A DNA stretch of 64,000 nt from Malacoraja senta. Lineage: Eukaryota. Numbering within the stretch: the stretch's first letter is position 1; each line of letters begins with the position of its first letter. The translations under genes were made by a program, and so were the position numbers. Under the pieces are notes generated by a model that did not search any database, was not told the DNA's origin, and saw nothing but the letters and a program-made list of their open reading frames with translations. Shown piece by piece: positions 47,301 through 58,640 of this stretch. Location: positions 1-64,000 of the forward strand of contig JAXLNO010001745.1 in NCBI GenBank assembly GCA_038087875.1, given 5' to 3'.

Positions 47301-50300
47301 AGTGCATTGGAAAAGGTAAACGGGGTTTTCACCTAAGATTACATTTTTTGCTAACTGCACTTTATGGTAAGCAAGTAGGCTGGCTTTGGGAAACAATTAG
47401 ATGATTGAGGGCTCACTTAGAATAATTGGGAAATTATGGAGCAGCCTACAAGGATATTTAGTGTAAGGATAAGTTAAACCTTTCTTTTCTCCGAGACATG
47501 GAAGAATAGCTCGGTGCTTGATTTAATGCAGAATCTTTGAAGGACATTGGCTGGGCCCGCAAGATCTCCACACCAGCCATCATAAATAGGAGTCTCCAAT
47601 GGGCAGAAGACTGTGAGACTTGATGGTATTTGCCATGGCTTCTATCATTTAACACATTGAGCTGAAAGCCATGAGATTTATTGCTTTTTTAATGCTTTAT
47701 CTTGTAATTTGACATAATAAAGATAGTCATTTGTACCCTTGAAATTTTCTTTCTCCGTTCATTGATCCGAATCCTATTTATGTTTCATCACAAAGAGAAA
47801 ATTGGATAAACTAATTGTGAGCAAAAACACGCAAAACTACAGTTTAAGGGCTGGGGTTGAACAAGTGATTTTCTCCAGTAGAGAGGTGGCATTGGCCTGA
47901 TAGGATGAATGGTCCCCATCAGCACATTTAAATGATCCATTGATTTGTATTCATCATCGTATATCAAATAAACTTAGCGATACGGAAGGAGAAATATTTT
48001 GGCCTGTTTATATGGTGCAAAATAACCCACCCCAGAACAATAAATAGTTGTGAATTTACACTTAATATTATCTGTCACTGAAGCAGAGTGCAGAGGTTCT
48101 CAAATTCATTTAAGAAATAGTATTAAGGCGACTGTTTAGAAAATGGTGGGTATTGGCTGCAAGATGGGAGTAGTATTGTAGAGTAGTGATGAGGTGTTTT
48201 GATGGCAGTGATCATAATTTAGCATGATTAAAGTAGCAATGTACACTAGGAATGCAGGTTCGCAGCTGAGGTGAAAACATTTCCAAGACTGCAACATAAT
48301 TTAACAGAAATGTAATACAAAATGTAATAAAATAGGGCAATTAAATGGTGACAGTTAACAGATCTCTGGGGATACTAGAAACTGTAGATGTTGGTTCGTT
48401 GAGCAAAACTGTTGGAGGAACACAGTGGGTCAGGCAACATCTGTGGGATGGAATGAACCAACGATATTTCAGGCTGGAACTCTTGTTCAGACTGGTGACT
48501 TCAAAACGTTGTCAGTCGATTCCCACCACAGATGCTGCCTGACACACTGAATTCTTCATGCACTTTGTTTTTAACATACCAGCTGGAAAGAGTCCAGAGA
48601 AGATTTACAAGGAGACTTGATAGTGGCATTTGAAGTCTTTAGAAAGGCATAGATATGCAGGGAAAGGAGGGATATGGAACATGTGTTGGTGGAGGAGATT
48701 AGTTCAACTTGGCATCACGTTTGGAACAGAAGGTGTGGCCCCAAGGGCCTGTTCCAATGCTGAACTGTTCTGCAAGTCACTGAGTCTATGTTCAGGGAGG
48801 GTGAGGTTGAGAAGGATCTGATTTCAATAGAAAATAGGTGCAGGAGTGGGCCATTCGATCCTTCGAGCCAGCACCGCCATTCAATGTGATCATGGCTGAT
48901 CATCCCCAATCAGTATCCCGTTCTTGCCTTCTCCCCATATCCCCTGACTCCGCTATTTTTAAGAGCCCTATCTAGCTCTCTCTTGAAAGCATCCACTGCC
49001 CTCTGAGGCAGAGAATTTCACAGACTCACCACTCTCTGTGAGAAAAAGTGTTTCCTCGTCTCCGTTCTAAATGGCTTACTCCTTATTCTTAAACTGTGGT
49101 CCCTGGTTCTGGAAATGTGGCCCCTGGTTCTGGATTTCATTCCTTAGAGTGCAAAAGGATGGGGTGATCTGAAAGAGGTTTACAAAATTATGTGAGCAAT
49201 CAATCAGGTAAATGCGCTTGAGTTTTTTGCCCACAATAGGGGACTCGAGAACCAGAGGATATAGATTTACGGTGAGAGGTGGGTGAGTGTGGAGATTTAA
49301 TAGGAACCTGGGGATAACATTTTTACACAAAGAGTGGTGGGTATATGGAACGAGCTGCCAGAGGAGGAGGTTGAGACAGGTACTATCATAACAATAAATA
49401 GACAATTGGACAGGTACATGCATAGGATAGGTTGAGAGGGTTATGAGCCAAGCGTGGGGAGTTGGGACTAATGTAGATGGGGCATGCTGTGCCAAATAGC
49501 CCGTTTCGACGCAGTTACTAGGGGCAATTTACAGGGGGCAATTAACCAATAAACCTGCACGAGTTTGGAATGTGGGTGGAGACCAGCGCCCGGAGAAAAC
49601 CCACGTACGACGTTCACACAGACAGCGTCCGTAGTCGGGATCAAACCCGGGTCTCTGACGCTGCGAGGCATCCGTTCGACTGCTGCGAATTTTGTTTGTA
49701 TTTTCTGATTTAAATCAAAGATGTTGGTATAGATATGAGTTCCATGTTTAGGAAATGTGTGAATGTCAGCAAAGTTGTTTGCAGGTGTAGTATTAGGCAA
49801 GATGTAAACTGCCTTGACATTCAATAACATTACCAAGCTAACTCCTCCGCCATCAATCTCTGTTCAAATAATAATTGAATCACCGTCTTTTTGACCAGAC
49901 AGTAGGACTCGCGTGAATTTGGAAGCTGCAGGGAAAATGACTAATTTGGACTGGTGTTACTTTTGGCCACTGAATGGAAGATTATAATCATTTTCCTCTC
50001 GACGGTGGAATCAACACCCTTTCGCTTTCCAAGCGGGCAATTAGTGCTGTTCTCCCTTTGAAATCTACCGTGTAAAAATAGCACCTGCAGATCAAGATCC
50101 AAATTGACCGCCATTCTGATTTGGAAAATGTCCTGATCCTCAGTATTGCAAATGCCGAAACGCCCCACGCCGACAGAATATTGTACTGGCGCCAGGAGGT
50201 CTTCAGCGGTGGAAAAAAGGATGGCTCTTCACCACGTAGATGAAATGTGCATGTACCTTTAACATAGTGACCTCACCACTACTAACCACTCCCCACATCA

Positions 50301-50637
50301 CTGGTATAATTACAACCTTCCCACCCAGTTCTCTCTCTCTCTGGTTCCAGTGACAGACCACGGACAGCTAGGGCAGCAAAGTATGTGTATCATGAATAAA
50401 CAGTAGTAACGATACAGTGCATTATGACCCATCTTTACATTCACCACGTAGTCAAAGGCAAAAAGGAAATTTTAATACAACCTTGCTACCTGCTTAAAAT
50501 AAACACTGGGTGCTGCAATCGATAGATACAACGTGTTGGTTTATTATTGACACGGGTAACTAGATACAGTGAAAACCCCTTTGCGTGGTATTCAGCCAAA
50601 TCATACTATGCGTGAATACAATTAAGCCATACATAAG

Positions 50638-51182
50638 TGTGAGATGCAAAATCACAAACGCTTTTAGAGACAAAGTCGGCAAAGAAGCTTTTTATTTAAA
50701 TCATATTCTGCAGAATAGGTGCCTCTCCTCTGATGTCCCCTAGAGGCACACCGAGGATCGGGATGTCTTCTATCTTTATACATTTCATGGGTATCATTGT
50801 CACACCCTCATCCATCCCCATTGAGCTTCTTCCAATCATAACATAAAGCCCACATTCCCACGAGAACGTCCTGGAACGTCCACCCAACGTCAAAGACACC
50901 TCCCATATCATGCATTTAAATTAGGCATCTTGTCATAGTGGGTGTGTGTACATATTCATGTAAGTTCATTAGGCATGCGCAGATATGTTTGAACTTATGT
51001 ACTTTCTCCCTTTCTACTTACTTCTCAAATCTTCTGCTGAATTTGCTACTTTTTATCTAGAATTTCTCTCTGTTCTATATATCGTTATTTTCTATTTACC
51101 AGCAGTCTGGCTTCTGCTGACACCCAAGCCATTTTTCTATCCCTAGTGTAAATCAACTATGTCTGTTAACTCTTTCCTCACA
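50638..51182 (-). mobile_element. Retroviral 3' LTR (545 bp)
   Basis: Minus strand begins TGTGAG and ends CTCACA (6-bp inverted termini), follows the polypurine tract AAAAAAGAAAAGGGTGGAT and has AATAAA near its 3' end. Confidence 0.8.
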
Positions 51183-51218
51183 ATCCACCCTTTTCTTTTT
51201 TGCTACGCAACCTTTGAT

Positions 51219-51596
51219 TTATACTATATCCTCCTTTTCTAATGCTAGCAGCAGATTCTTCGCCTCCCCATCCCCCTCTCGTTGGTTATACTGTGTTCGG
51301 AAGGCTATCATGGTGGCGGCGCTGTTCTTTGTCAGGGCTGTTTCTATCAATCGCTGAGCCAATCCCCGTACGCAGGGAATGATACAACATCCGCACAAAC
51401 ACAGTAACCCCACCATGACTACAACTGATGTTAGAGCTGAGGTAAAAATGTGCTTCCATTTCCCAAACCAGGAGTCTAGAAACCCAGTCCAGGAGTTGTC
51501 TACTCCAGAGTTCTCAGCCAATTCGATAGACAGAGAGGTGAGACCTGCTAGGGCTCTTGACACTGACCCATCCGGAGCAGTGTTGTTGGGGATGAA
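51219..51596 (-). mobile_element. env: Endogenous retrovirus env, TM-subunit C-terminal fragment (class I/epsilon-like)
   Basis: FIPNNTAPDGSVSRALAGLTSLSIELAENSGVD..W..WFGKWK, membrane anchor IFTSALTSVVVMVGLLCLCGCCIIPCV and cytoplasmic tail; the frame is open to the stop, followed by PPT and LTR. The IPNNTAPDGS motif is typical of fish ERV env. Confidence 0.88.
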
Positions 51597-51641
51597 TCGC
51601 CCGTTCACACACGCGCGGGTGGAGGGCGTGCGTGTGTGTGG

Positions 51642-53395
51642 GCACACAATACTCCAGGTGTGGTCCCACCAGGGCCCTGTACAACTGCAGAAGGACCTTT
51701 TTGCTCCAATACTCAACTCCTCTTGTTATAAAGGCCAACAGGCCAAAACTGCACACAATACTCCAGGTGTGGTCTCACCAGGGCCCTGTACAACTGCTGA
51801 AGGACCTCTTTGCTCCTATACTCAACTCCTCTTGTTATAAAGGCCAACACGCCAAAACTGCACACAATACTCCAGGTGTGGTCTCACCAGGGCCCTGTAC
51901 AACTGCAGAGGACCTCTTTGCTCCTCTACTCAACTCCTCTTGTTATTCAGATTCAGATTCAGATTATTTAATGACCACACAGTCAAGCTGGTGGAATTCA
52001 TGTTCAGTACAGGATGTTACACAATAGGCTGATTCCCATCAAACATAACATAAAACACAACAACATACAGTATACAGTACATGCACGAGGTGGCTATGTG
52101 ATGTTGTCATAGAGTGTTCAGATTTCGAATTGCATATGGGTAGAAACTGTTTTTAAGTCGTGATGTTTTGGCGGGCAGTGAGCTGTAGCGCCTTCCTGAC
52201 GGCAGCAGGTGGAAGATGTGGTGAGCTGCGTGGGAGGGATCAGAAATGATTTTATTCACCCTTGACACAGACCGTTTGAGATTGAGTGATTCTATTGATG
52301 GGAGGGAAGTGCTGATGATTTTGGATGCTTTGTTGACAATGCGCTGTAGATTATTACGGGAGTGTCTAAACTGCTGTACCAAACTGTTATTGATGAAGTG
52401 AGCATACTTTGGATGATGGCTGTGTAAAATCGGATTAGGAGATGTTTCCTCACTCTGAACTTCTTGAGCTGACGGAGAAAGAAAAGTCTTTGGTTGGCTT
52501 TTTTATAAATGTGATCTGAATTGATTTTCCATTTGAGGTTATTGCTTATGTGAGTGCCAAGAAATTTGAATGAGTCAGTGGTGGATATGGGTTTGCCAGA
52601 GATGAGTAGGGTGGTCTTGGGTTGTGCCTTCCATCTGAGATCAATGATAAGTTCATGTGTTTTTGATGTGTTGAGTAGGAGGTTATTATCTGCTTTGTTT
52701 GTTTGAGTGCGGTATTCTGTTTCGTTGTTATTAGAGATGAGACCTATAATGGTTGTGTCATCTGCGTATTTATATATTTTGACTGAACTATACTGGGATG
52801 TGAGTTGATTTGTGTAGAGTGAGAATAACCAGGGTGACAAGACGCAACCCTGAGGGGCTCCTGTACTGAGGTGCAGAGGGTGAGATGTGGTGTTACGTAT
52901 CTTCACCCTCTGTTGTCTGTTCCAAAGGAAGCTATAGATCGAATGACAGACGCAGGGGTCAATGTTCATGTCCGTTAATTTATGGAAAAGTTTAACCGGG
53001 TTGATGGAGTTGAATGCCGAACTGAAGTCCATGAACAGGGTGCGGGCGTAAGTGTTGGCAGTTTCCAGGTGTTGCAGAGTGTGATGGATGGCCAGGTTGA
53101 CTGTGTCTTCTACTGACCTGTTTGCTCTATATGCGAATTGATGTGGGTCCATGTTGGATGAAATGCTGGTTTTGAGGTGAGCGAGAATAATGCGCTCAAA
53201 TGACTTCATGGCCACAGATGTAAGGGCAATCGGTCTGTAGTCATTGAGGCAGGATGTTGTGTTAGACTTGGGCACAGGAATGATGGTGGATTATGAAGGC
53301 GAACAGGCCAAAACTGCACACAATACTCCAGGTGTGGTCTCACCAGGGCCCTGTACAAATGCAGAAGGACCTCTTTGCTCCAATACTCAACTCTT
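51642..53395 (-). repeat. Four tandem 109-bp units derived from CR1 RT sequence, split by a Rex1 insertion
   Basis: Units start at 51642, 51751, 51860 and 53316; each encodes [28 protein letters not shown] on the minus strand. Confidence 0.85.
51947..53290 (-). mobile_element. Rex1/Babar LINE, 5'-truncated RT
   Basis: ORF 52292-53275 (NDYRPIALTS, DPHQFAYR, DFSSAFN, GAPQGCVLSP, YADD); (TCTGAA)n tail; short ttat overlap at both ends. Confidence 0.93.
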
Positions 53396-53489
53396 TCTCT
53401 GTTTTCTTTAGTGGCCTTTCCAAATAAAATGAAAACATATTTTACACTTTGTGGACACCTTGATGTTTGAATTATGTTCTTCAACCAGT

Positions 53490-53806
53490 TTAGTCCAGTT
53501 TAGTTTAGTGATATAGTACGGAAACAGGCCCTTCGGCCCCACCGCGTCCGTGCCGACCAGCGATCCCCGCACACTAACACTATCCTACACACACACAGGG
53601 GGACAATTTACAATCTTTACCAGAAACCAATTAACCTACAAACCCGCACATCTTTGGAGTGTGATAGGAAACCAGAGCGCCCGGAGAAAACCCACGCAGG
53701 TCACGGGGAGAGAACGTGTAAACACCGCACAGACAGCACCCGTGGTCAGGATGGAACTGGGGTCTCTGGCGCCGTGAGGTGGCAACTCTACCGCTGGGTC
53801 ACCGTG
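53490..53806 (-). mobile_element. tRNA-derived SINE
   Basis: Full-length SINE core with a (TAAAC)n tail. Confidence 0.82.
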
Positions 53807-53878
53807 ACGACCAGAGAGAGAGGGAGAGGTGGATACTTCTCTCTCCGTCTTTCTCACTACCTGCTTCTCTCTCTCTAT

Positions 53879-53910
<32 letters not shown>

Positions 53911-54253
53911 CTAGAGGGAAGGAGGGAGAGAGGAAAGGAGTCCGACATTACTCAAAACTCCANNNNNNNNNNNNNNNNNNNNNNNNNNNNNNNNNNNNNN
54001 NNNNNNNNNNNNNNNNNNNNNNNNNNNNNNNNNNNNNNNNNNNNNNNNNNNNNNNNNNNNNNNNNNNNNNNNNNNNNNNNNNNNNNNNNNNNNNNNNNNN
54101 NNNNNNNNNNNNNNNNNNNNNNNNNNNNNNNNNNNNNNNNNNNNNNNNNNNNNNNNNNNNNNNNNNNNNNNNNNNNNNNNNNNNNNNNNNNNNNNNNNNN
54201 NNNNNNNNNNNNNNNNNNNNNNNNNNNNNNNNNNNNNNNNNNNNNNNNNNNNN

Positions 54254-54560
54254 CCCCTCCTTTGTTCTCTCCATCCCTTCATCCCCCCTCCTTTGTTCTC
54301 TCCATCCCTTCATCGCCCCCTCCTTTGTTCTCTCCATCCCTTCATCCCCCCCTCCTTTGTTCTCTCCATCCCTTCATCCCCCCTCCTTTGTTCTCTCCAT
54401 CCCTTCACCCCCCCTCCTTTGTTCTCTCCATCCCTTCATCCCCCCTCCTTTGTTCTCTCCATCCTTTATCCCCCATCCTTTGTTCTCTCCATCCCTTCAT
54501 CCCCCCCTCCTTTGTTCTCTCCATCCTTCATCCCACCCTCCTTTGTTCTCTCCATTCCAC
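54254..54560. repeat. Pyrimidine-rich minisatellite of about 30 bp
   Basis: About 10 copies of ccctcctttgttctctccatcccttcatccc. Confidence 0.92.
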
Positions 54561-54589
54561 CCTCAATGTCCCAAAAAACAACAACAAAA

Positions 54590-54756
54590 CACCCGGAACC
54601 AAAACTGCGGCGTTTCGCTCTCCACCCGGACGCCTGAGACCCGCCGTCCCACTTTGCCAGCGCCGTTGCGCCGATCTAAAGCGTCCCACCTTTCCCCGGA
54701 AGCGCCTTTGTGGACCGGAAGTTGTGCGGGAATCCAGCTGTGAAGAGCAGGTAAGG
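54590..54756 (+). promoter_or_regulatory. CpG-rich promoter/first exon with tandem ETS sites and a 5' splice site
   Basis: CCGGAAG at 54696-54702, CCGGAAGT at 54715-54722, dense CpG, and a consensus donor CAG|GTAAGG at 54750/54751. Confidence 0.6.
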
Positions 54757-54787
54757 ATAAAAGCGCTGCCATGCAGCGGTAGGCAGC

Positions 54788-55185
54788 AATGCAGCCAGTG
54801 ATGCATGCATCCCTTTAATGCAGCCAGTGATGCATGCATTCCCTTTAATGCAGCCAGTGATGCATGCATCCCTTTAATGCAGCCAGTGATGCATGCATTC
54901 CCTTTAATGCCCAGTGACGCATGCATTCCATTTAATGCAGCCAGTGATGCATGCATTCCGTTTAATGCAGCCAGTGATGCATGCATTCCCTTCAATGCAG
55001 CCAGTGATGCATGCATTCCCTTTAATGCAGCAAGTGATGAATGCATTCCCTTTAATGCAGCCAGTGATGCATGCATTCCCTTTAATGCAGCCAGTGATGC
55101 ATGCATTCCATTTAATGCAGCAAGTGATGAATGCATTCCCTTTAATGCAGCCAGTGATGCATGCATTCCCTTTAATGCAGCAGGG
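54788..55185. repeat. 30-bp minisatellite
   Basis: About 13 copies of ATGCAGCCAGTGATGCATGCATTCCCTTTA. Confidence 0.95.
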
Positions 55186-55584
55186 GAACATGCACAGGCG
55201 CTTGCAGGCCAATCCCCGCATTTTATAATTCACACTATATCCACACTTAATATAGCCCATCAGGCAGGTTTCTGTCTCATTTCCAAACCATTTCCCCAAA
55301 CTCACGAAGCCGACCTTGCGTGACAACGGCGTGGATGTGGGGATCCCAGACCGGCCAAAACAGGCCCTTCGGCCCATTCCCCCCCTGCCAGCCGCAGTTG
55401 GTATTGTCTGAATCGGGTCTACGTTCGNNNNNNNNNNNNNNNNNNNNNNNNNNNNNNNNNNNNNNNNNNNNNNNNNNNNNNNNNNNNNNNNNNNNNNNNN
55501 NNNNNNNNNNNNNNNNNNNNNNNNNNNNNNNNNNNNNNNNNNNNNNNNNNNNNNNNNNNNNNNNNNNNNNNNNNNNNNNNNNNN

Positions 55585-56160
55585 TTGGCCCAACTTGCCC
55601 ACACCGGCCTGCATGCCCCATCTACACTAGTCCCACATGCTGCCCGCATTTGGCCCATATCCCTCCAAACCTGACCTATCCATGTACCTATCCGTGTTAT
55701 AATCCCAGCCTCAACTGCCTCCTCCGGCAGCTCATTCCATAACACACCATCCTCTGTTGTGGAAAAGTTGCCCCTCAGATTCCTATTAAATTTTCCTCAC
55801 CCCGCCTCTCTCACCTTAAACCCGTGTCTCTGATCCTCGATTCCCCTTCTCTGGGCAAGAGACTGTGCTTCTACCCGATCTATTCCTCTGGTGATTTTGT
55901 ACACCTCTATAAGATCACCCCTCATCCTCCCACGCTCCAAGGAATAGAGTCCCAGCCTGCCCCAACCTCTCCCTGTAGCTCAGGCCCCTCGAGTCCCGGC
56001 AACATCCTAGTAAATCTTCTCCACGCCCTTTCCAAACTCAATGACATCTTTCCTGTAACACGGTGCTCAGAACTGAACACAATACTCTAAACGCAACCTC
56101 ACCAACGTCTCGTACCACTGCAACGTGACCTCCCAACTTCTATACTCAATACAGAGACAG
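55585..56160 (-). mobile_element. Older CR1 3' fragment
   Basis: IEYRSWEVTLQWYETLVRLRLEYCVQF and LWNELPEEAVEAG on the minus strand. Confidence 0.8.
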
Positions 56161-56705
56161 ANNNNNNNNNNNNNNNNNNNNNNNNNNNNNNNNNNNNNNN
56201 NNNNNNNNNNNNNNNNNNNNNNNNNNNNNNNNNNNNNNNNNNNNNNNNNNNNNNNNNNNNNNNNNNNNNNNNNNNNNNNNNNNNNNNNNNNNNNNNNNNN
56301 NNNNNNNNNNNNNNNNNNNNNNNNNNNNNNNNNNNNNNNNNNNNNNNNNNNNNNNNNNNNNNNNNNNNNNNNNNNNNNNNNNNNNNNNNNNNNNNNNNNN
56401 NNNNNNNNNNNNNNNNNNNNNNNNNNNNNNNNNNNNNNNNNNNNNNNNNNNNNNNNNNNNNNNNNNNNNNNNNNNNNNNNNNNNNNNNNNNNNNNNNNNN
56501 NNNNNNNNNNNNNNNNNNNNNNNNNNNNNNNNNNNNNNNNNNNNNNNNNNNNNNNNNNNNNNNNNNNNNNNNNNNNNNNNNNNNNNNNNNNNNNNNNNNN
56601 NNNCTTTTTTGTGGGAATACACTGCGGTGAGGTGAGCGAGTACATACCGGGGGAAATACAAGAGAGAGACAAATGTTGACTTTTTTCCTCTTTTCTTTTC
56701 TACAG

Positions 56706-56850
56706 ATGTGAACAATGAAGGAGAATATAGGACCAGGCGCCTGCTGCTGATGCTGCTGTGGAAAAGAAAGAATTTTGCTCTGAATCTGGAGCCAAGTTGT
56801 ATTAAAGTGGGTGGGTCTTGCAATGAAATAAAAATACATTCATCAAATCA
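56706..56850 (+). other. Candidate terminal exon of an unidentified small gene
   Basis: Strong acceptor ttttttcctcttttcttttctacag|, upstream donors GCG|GTGAGG (56626) or GAG|GTGAGC (56631), ATTAAA at 56801 and AATAAA at 56827. Confidence 0.5.
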
Positions 56851-57547
56851 AACACTTGACTCTTATGATTATTATGATCATCACACATTGAGGCCTGTGG
56901 GCTAGTAAAGGCCTGATGAGCCTTAGGGGCACATCCTGGGCTAGTACAGGGCCTGATTGGCCGAAGGGACATTTAAGCAATTTTTTTAGGGGGCTGTAAT
57001 CTCAGTTTAGAGTACAGTCACCTTTGACTATTATGATCATCACACACTGGCTGGGGAAGGCTAGTGTGGGGACAGAGAAACAGTGTGGGGGGACAGAACA
57101 GTGGGGACAGAGTACATGCCTGATTGGCAGAAGGGACACCTCCTGGGCTAGCATACATTGGGCCGAATGAGGGATGCTTTCTGCAATTATTTTACCTTTT
57201 CCCTGTGCTGGCTGGCTGGCTGGCTGTGCTGGCTGGCTGGCAATGTGCTTTTAAGCCTCCAATGCATCACACAGGCAATTTGACCAGCTTTGTGGGGCCT
57301 ATAATACATTCTNNNNNNNNNNNNNNNNNNNNNNNNNNNNNNNNNNNNNNNNNNNNNNNNNNNNNNNNNNNNNNNNNNNNNNNNNNNNNNNNNNNNNNNN
57401 NNNNNNNNNNNNNNNNNNNNNNNNNNNNNNNNNNNNNNNNNNNNNNNNNNNNNNNNNNNNNNNNNNNNNNNNNNNNNNNNNNNNNNNNNNNNNNNNNNNN
57501 NNNNNNNNNNNNNNNNNNNNNNNNNNNNNNNNNNNNNNNNNNNNNNN

Positions 57548-58640
57548 TTGCTTTGAAAATGCCAAAGGTGATTTGCTTTGAAAATGCAAAAGTTGCTTTG
57601 CTGTGAAAATGCAAAAGGTGGTTTGCTTTCAAAATGCAAAATGTTGTTTGCTTTGAAAATAGAAAAGGCGGTTTGCTTTGAAAATGCAAAAGGTGGTTTG
57701 CTTTGAAAATGCAAAAGGCGGTTTGCTTTGAAAATGCGAAAGGCGGTTTGCTTTGAAAGTGTGAAAGGTGGTTTGGTTTGAAAATGCAAAAGGTGCTTTG
57801 CTTTGAAAATGCAAAAGGTGCTTTGAAAATGCAAAAGGTGCTTTGAAAATGCAAATGGTTTGTTTTCAAAATGCAAATGTTTGCTTTAAAAATGCAAAAG
57901 GTTTACTTTGAAAATGCAAAATGTTTGCTTTGAAAATGTAAAAGGAGGTTTGGTTCGAAAATGCAAAAGGGGGTTTGGTTTGAAAATGCAAATGGTGGTT
58001 TGGTTTGAAAATGTAAATGGTAGTTTGGTTTGAAAATGCAAATGGTGGTTTTGTGTGAAAATGCAAATGGTGGTCGGGTTTGAAAATGCAAAAGATTTGG
58101 TTGAAAATGCAAAGGGATTGGATTGAAAATGCAAATGGTGGTTTGGTTTGAGTATGCAAAGGTTTGCTTTGAAAATGCAAAAGGTTTGCTTTGAAAATGC
58201 AAAAAGGATTGGTTTGAAATTTCAAAAAGTGGTTTGCTAAATGCAAAAGGTGGTTTGCTTTGAAAATGCAAATGGTGGTTTGCTTTCAAAATGCAAAATG
58301 TGGTTTGCTTTGAAAATGTAAAAGGTGGTTTGCTTTGAACATGCAAAAGGTGGTTAGCTTTGAAAATGCAAAAGTTGGTTTGTTTTGAAAATGCAAAAGG
58401 TGGTTTGCTTTGAAAGTGCAAAAGGTGGTTAGCTTTGAAAATGCAAAAAGATTTGCTTTGAAAATGCAATAGGTGGTTTGCTTTGAAAATGCAAAAGGTG
58501 GTTTGCTTTGAAAATGCGAAAGGTGGTTTGCTTTGAAAATGCAAAGGCAAGTGCGGTTGCTTTGAAAATGCAAAGGCAAGTGCAGTTGTATTGAAAATGC
58601 AAAGGACAGTGCGGTTGCTTTGAAAATGCGAAGGCAAGTG
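57548..58640. repeat. About 25-bp satellite (TTTGAAAATGCAAAAGGTGGTTTGC)n
   Basis: Roughly 40 degenerate tandem copies; the array begins at an N gap. Confidence 0.95.

Noticed and set aside
50175-50195. TGGCGCC on the minus strand as a retroviral primer-binding site
   Set aside because: It lies about 450 bp from the LTR, follows a 3' LTR rather than a 5' LTR, and shows no extended tRNA complementarity that I can recognise.
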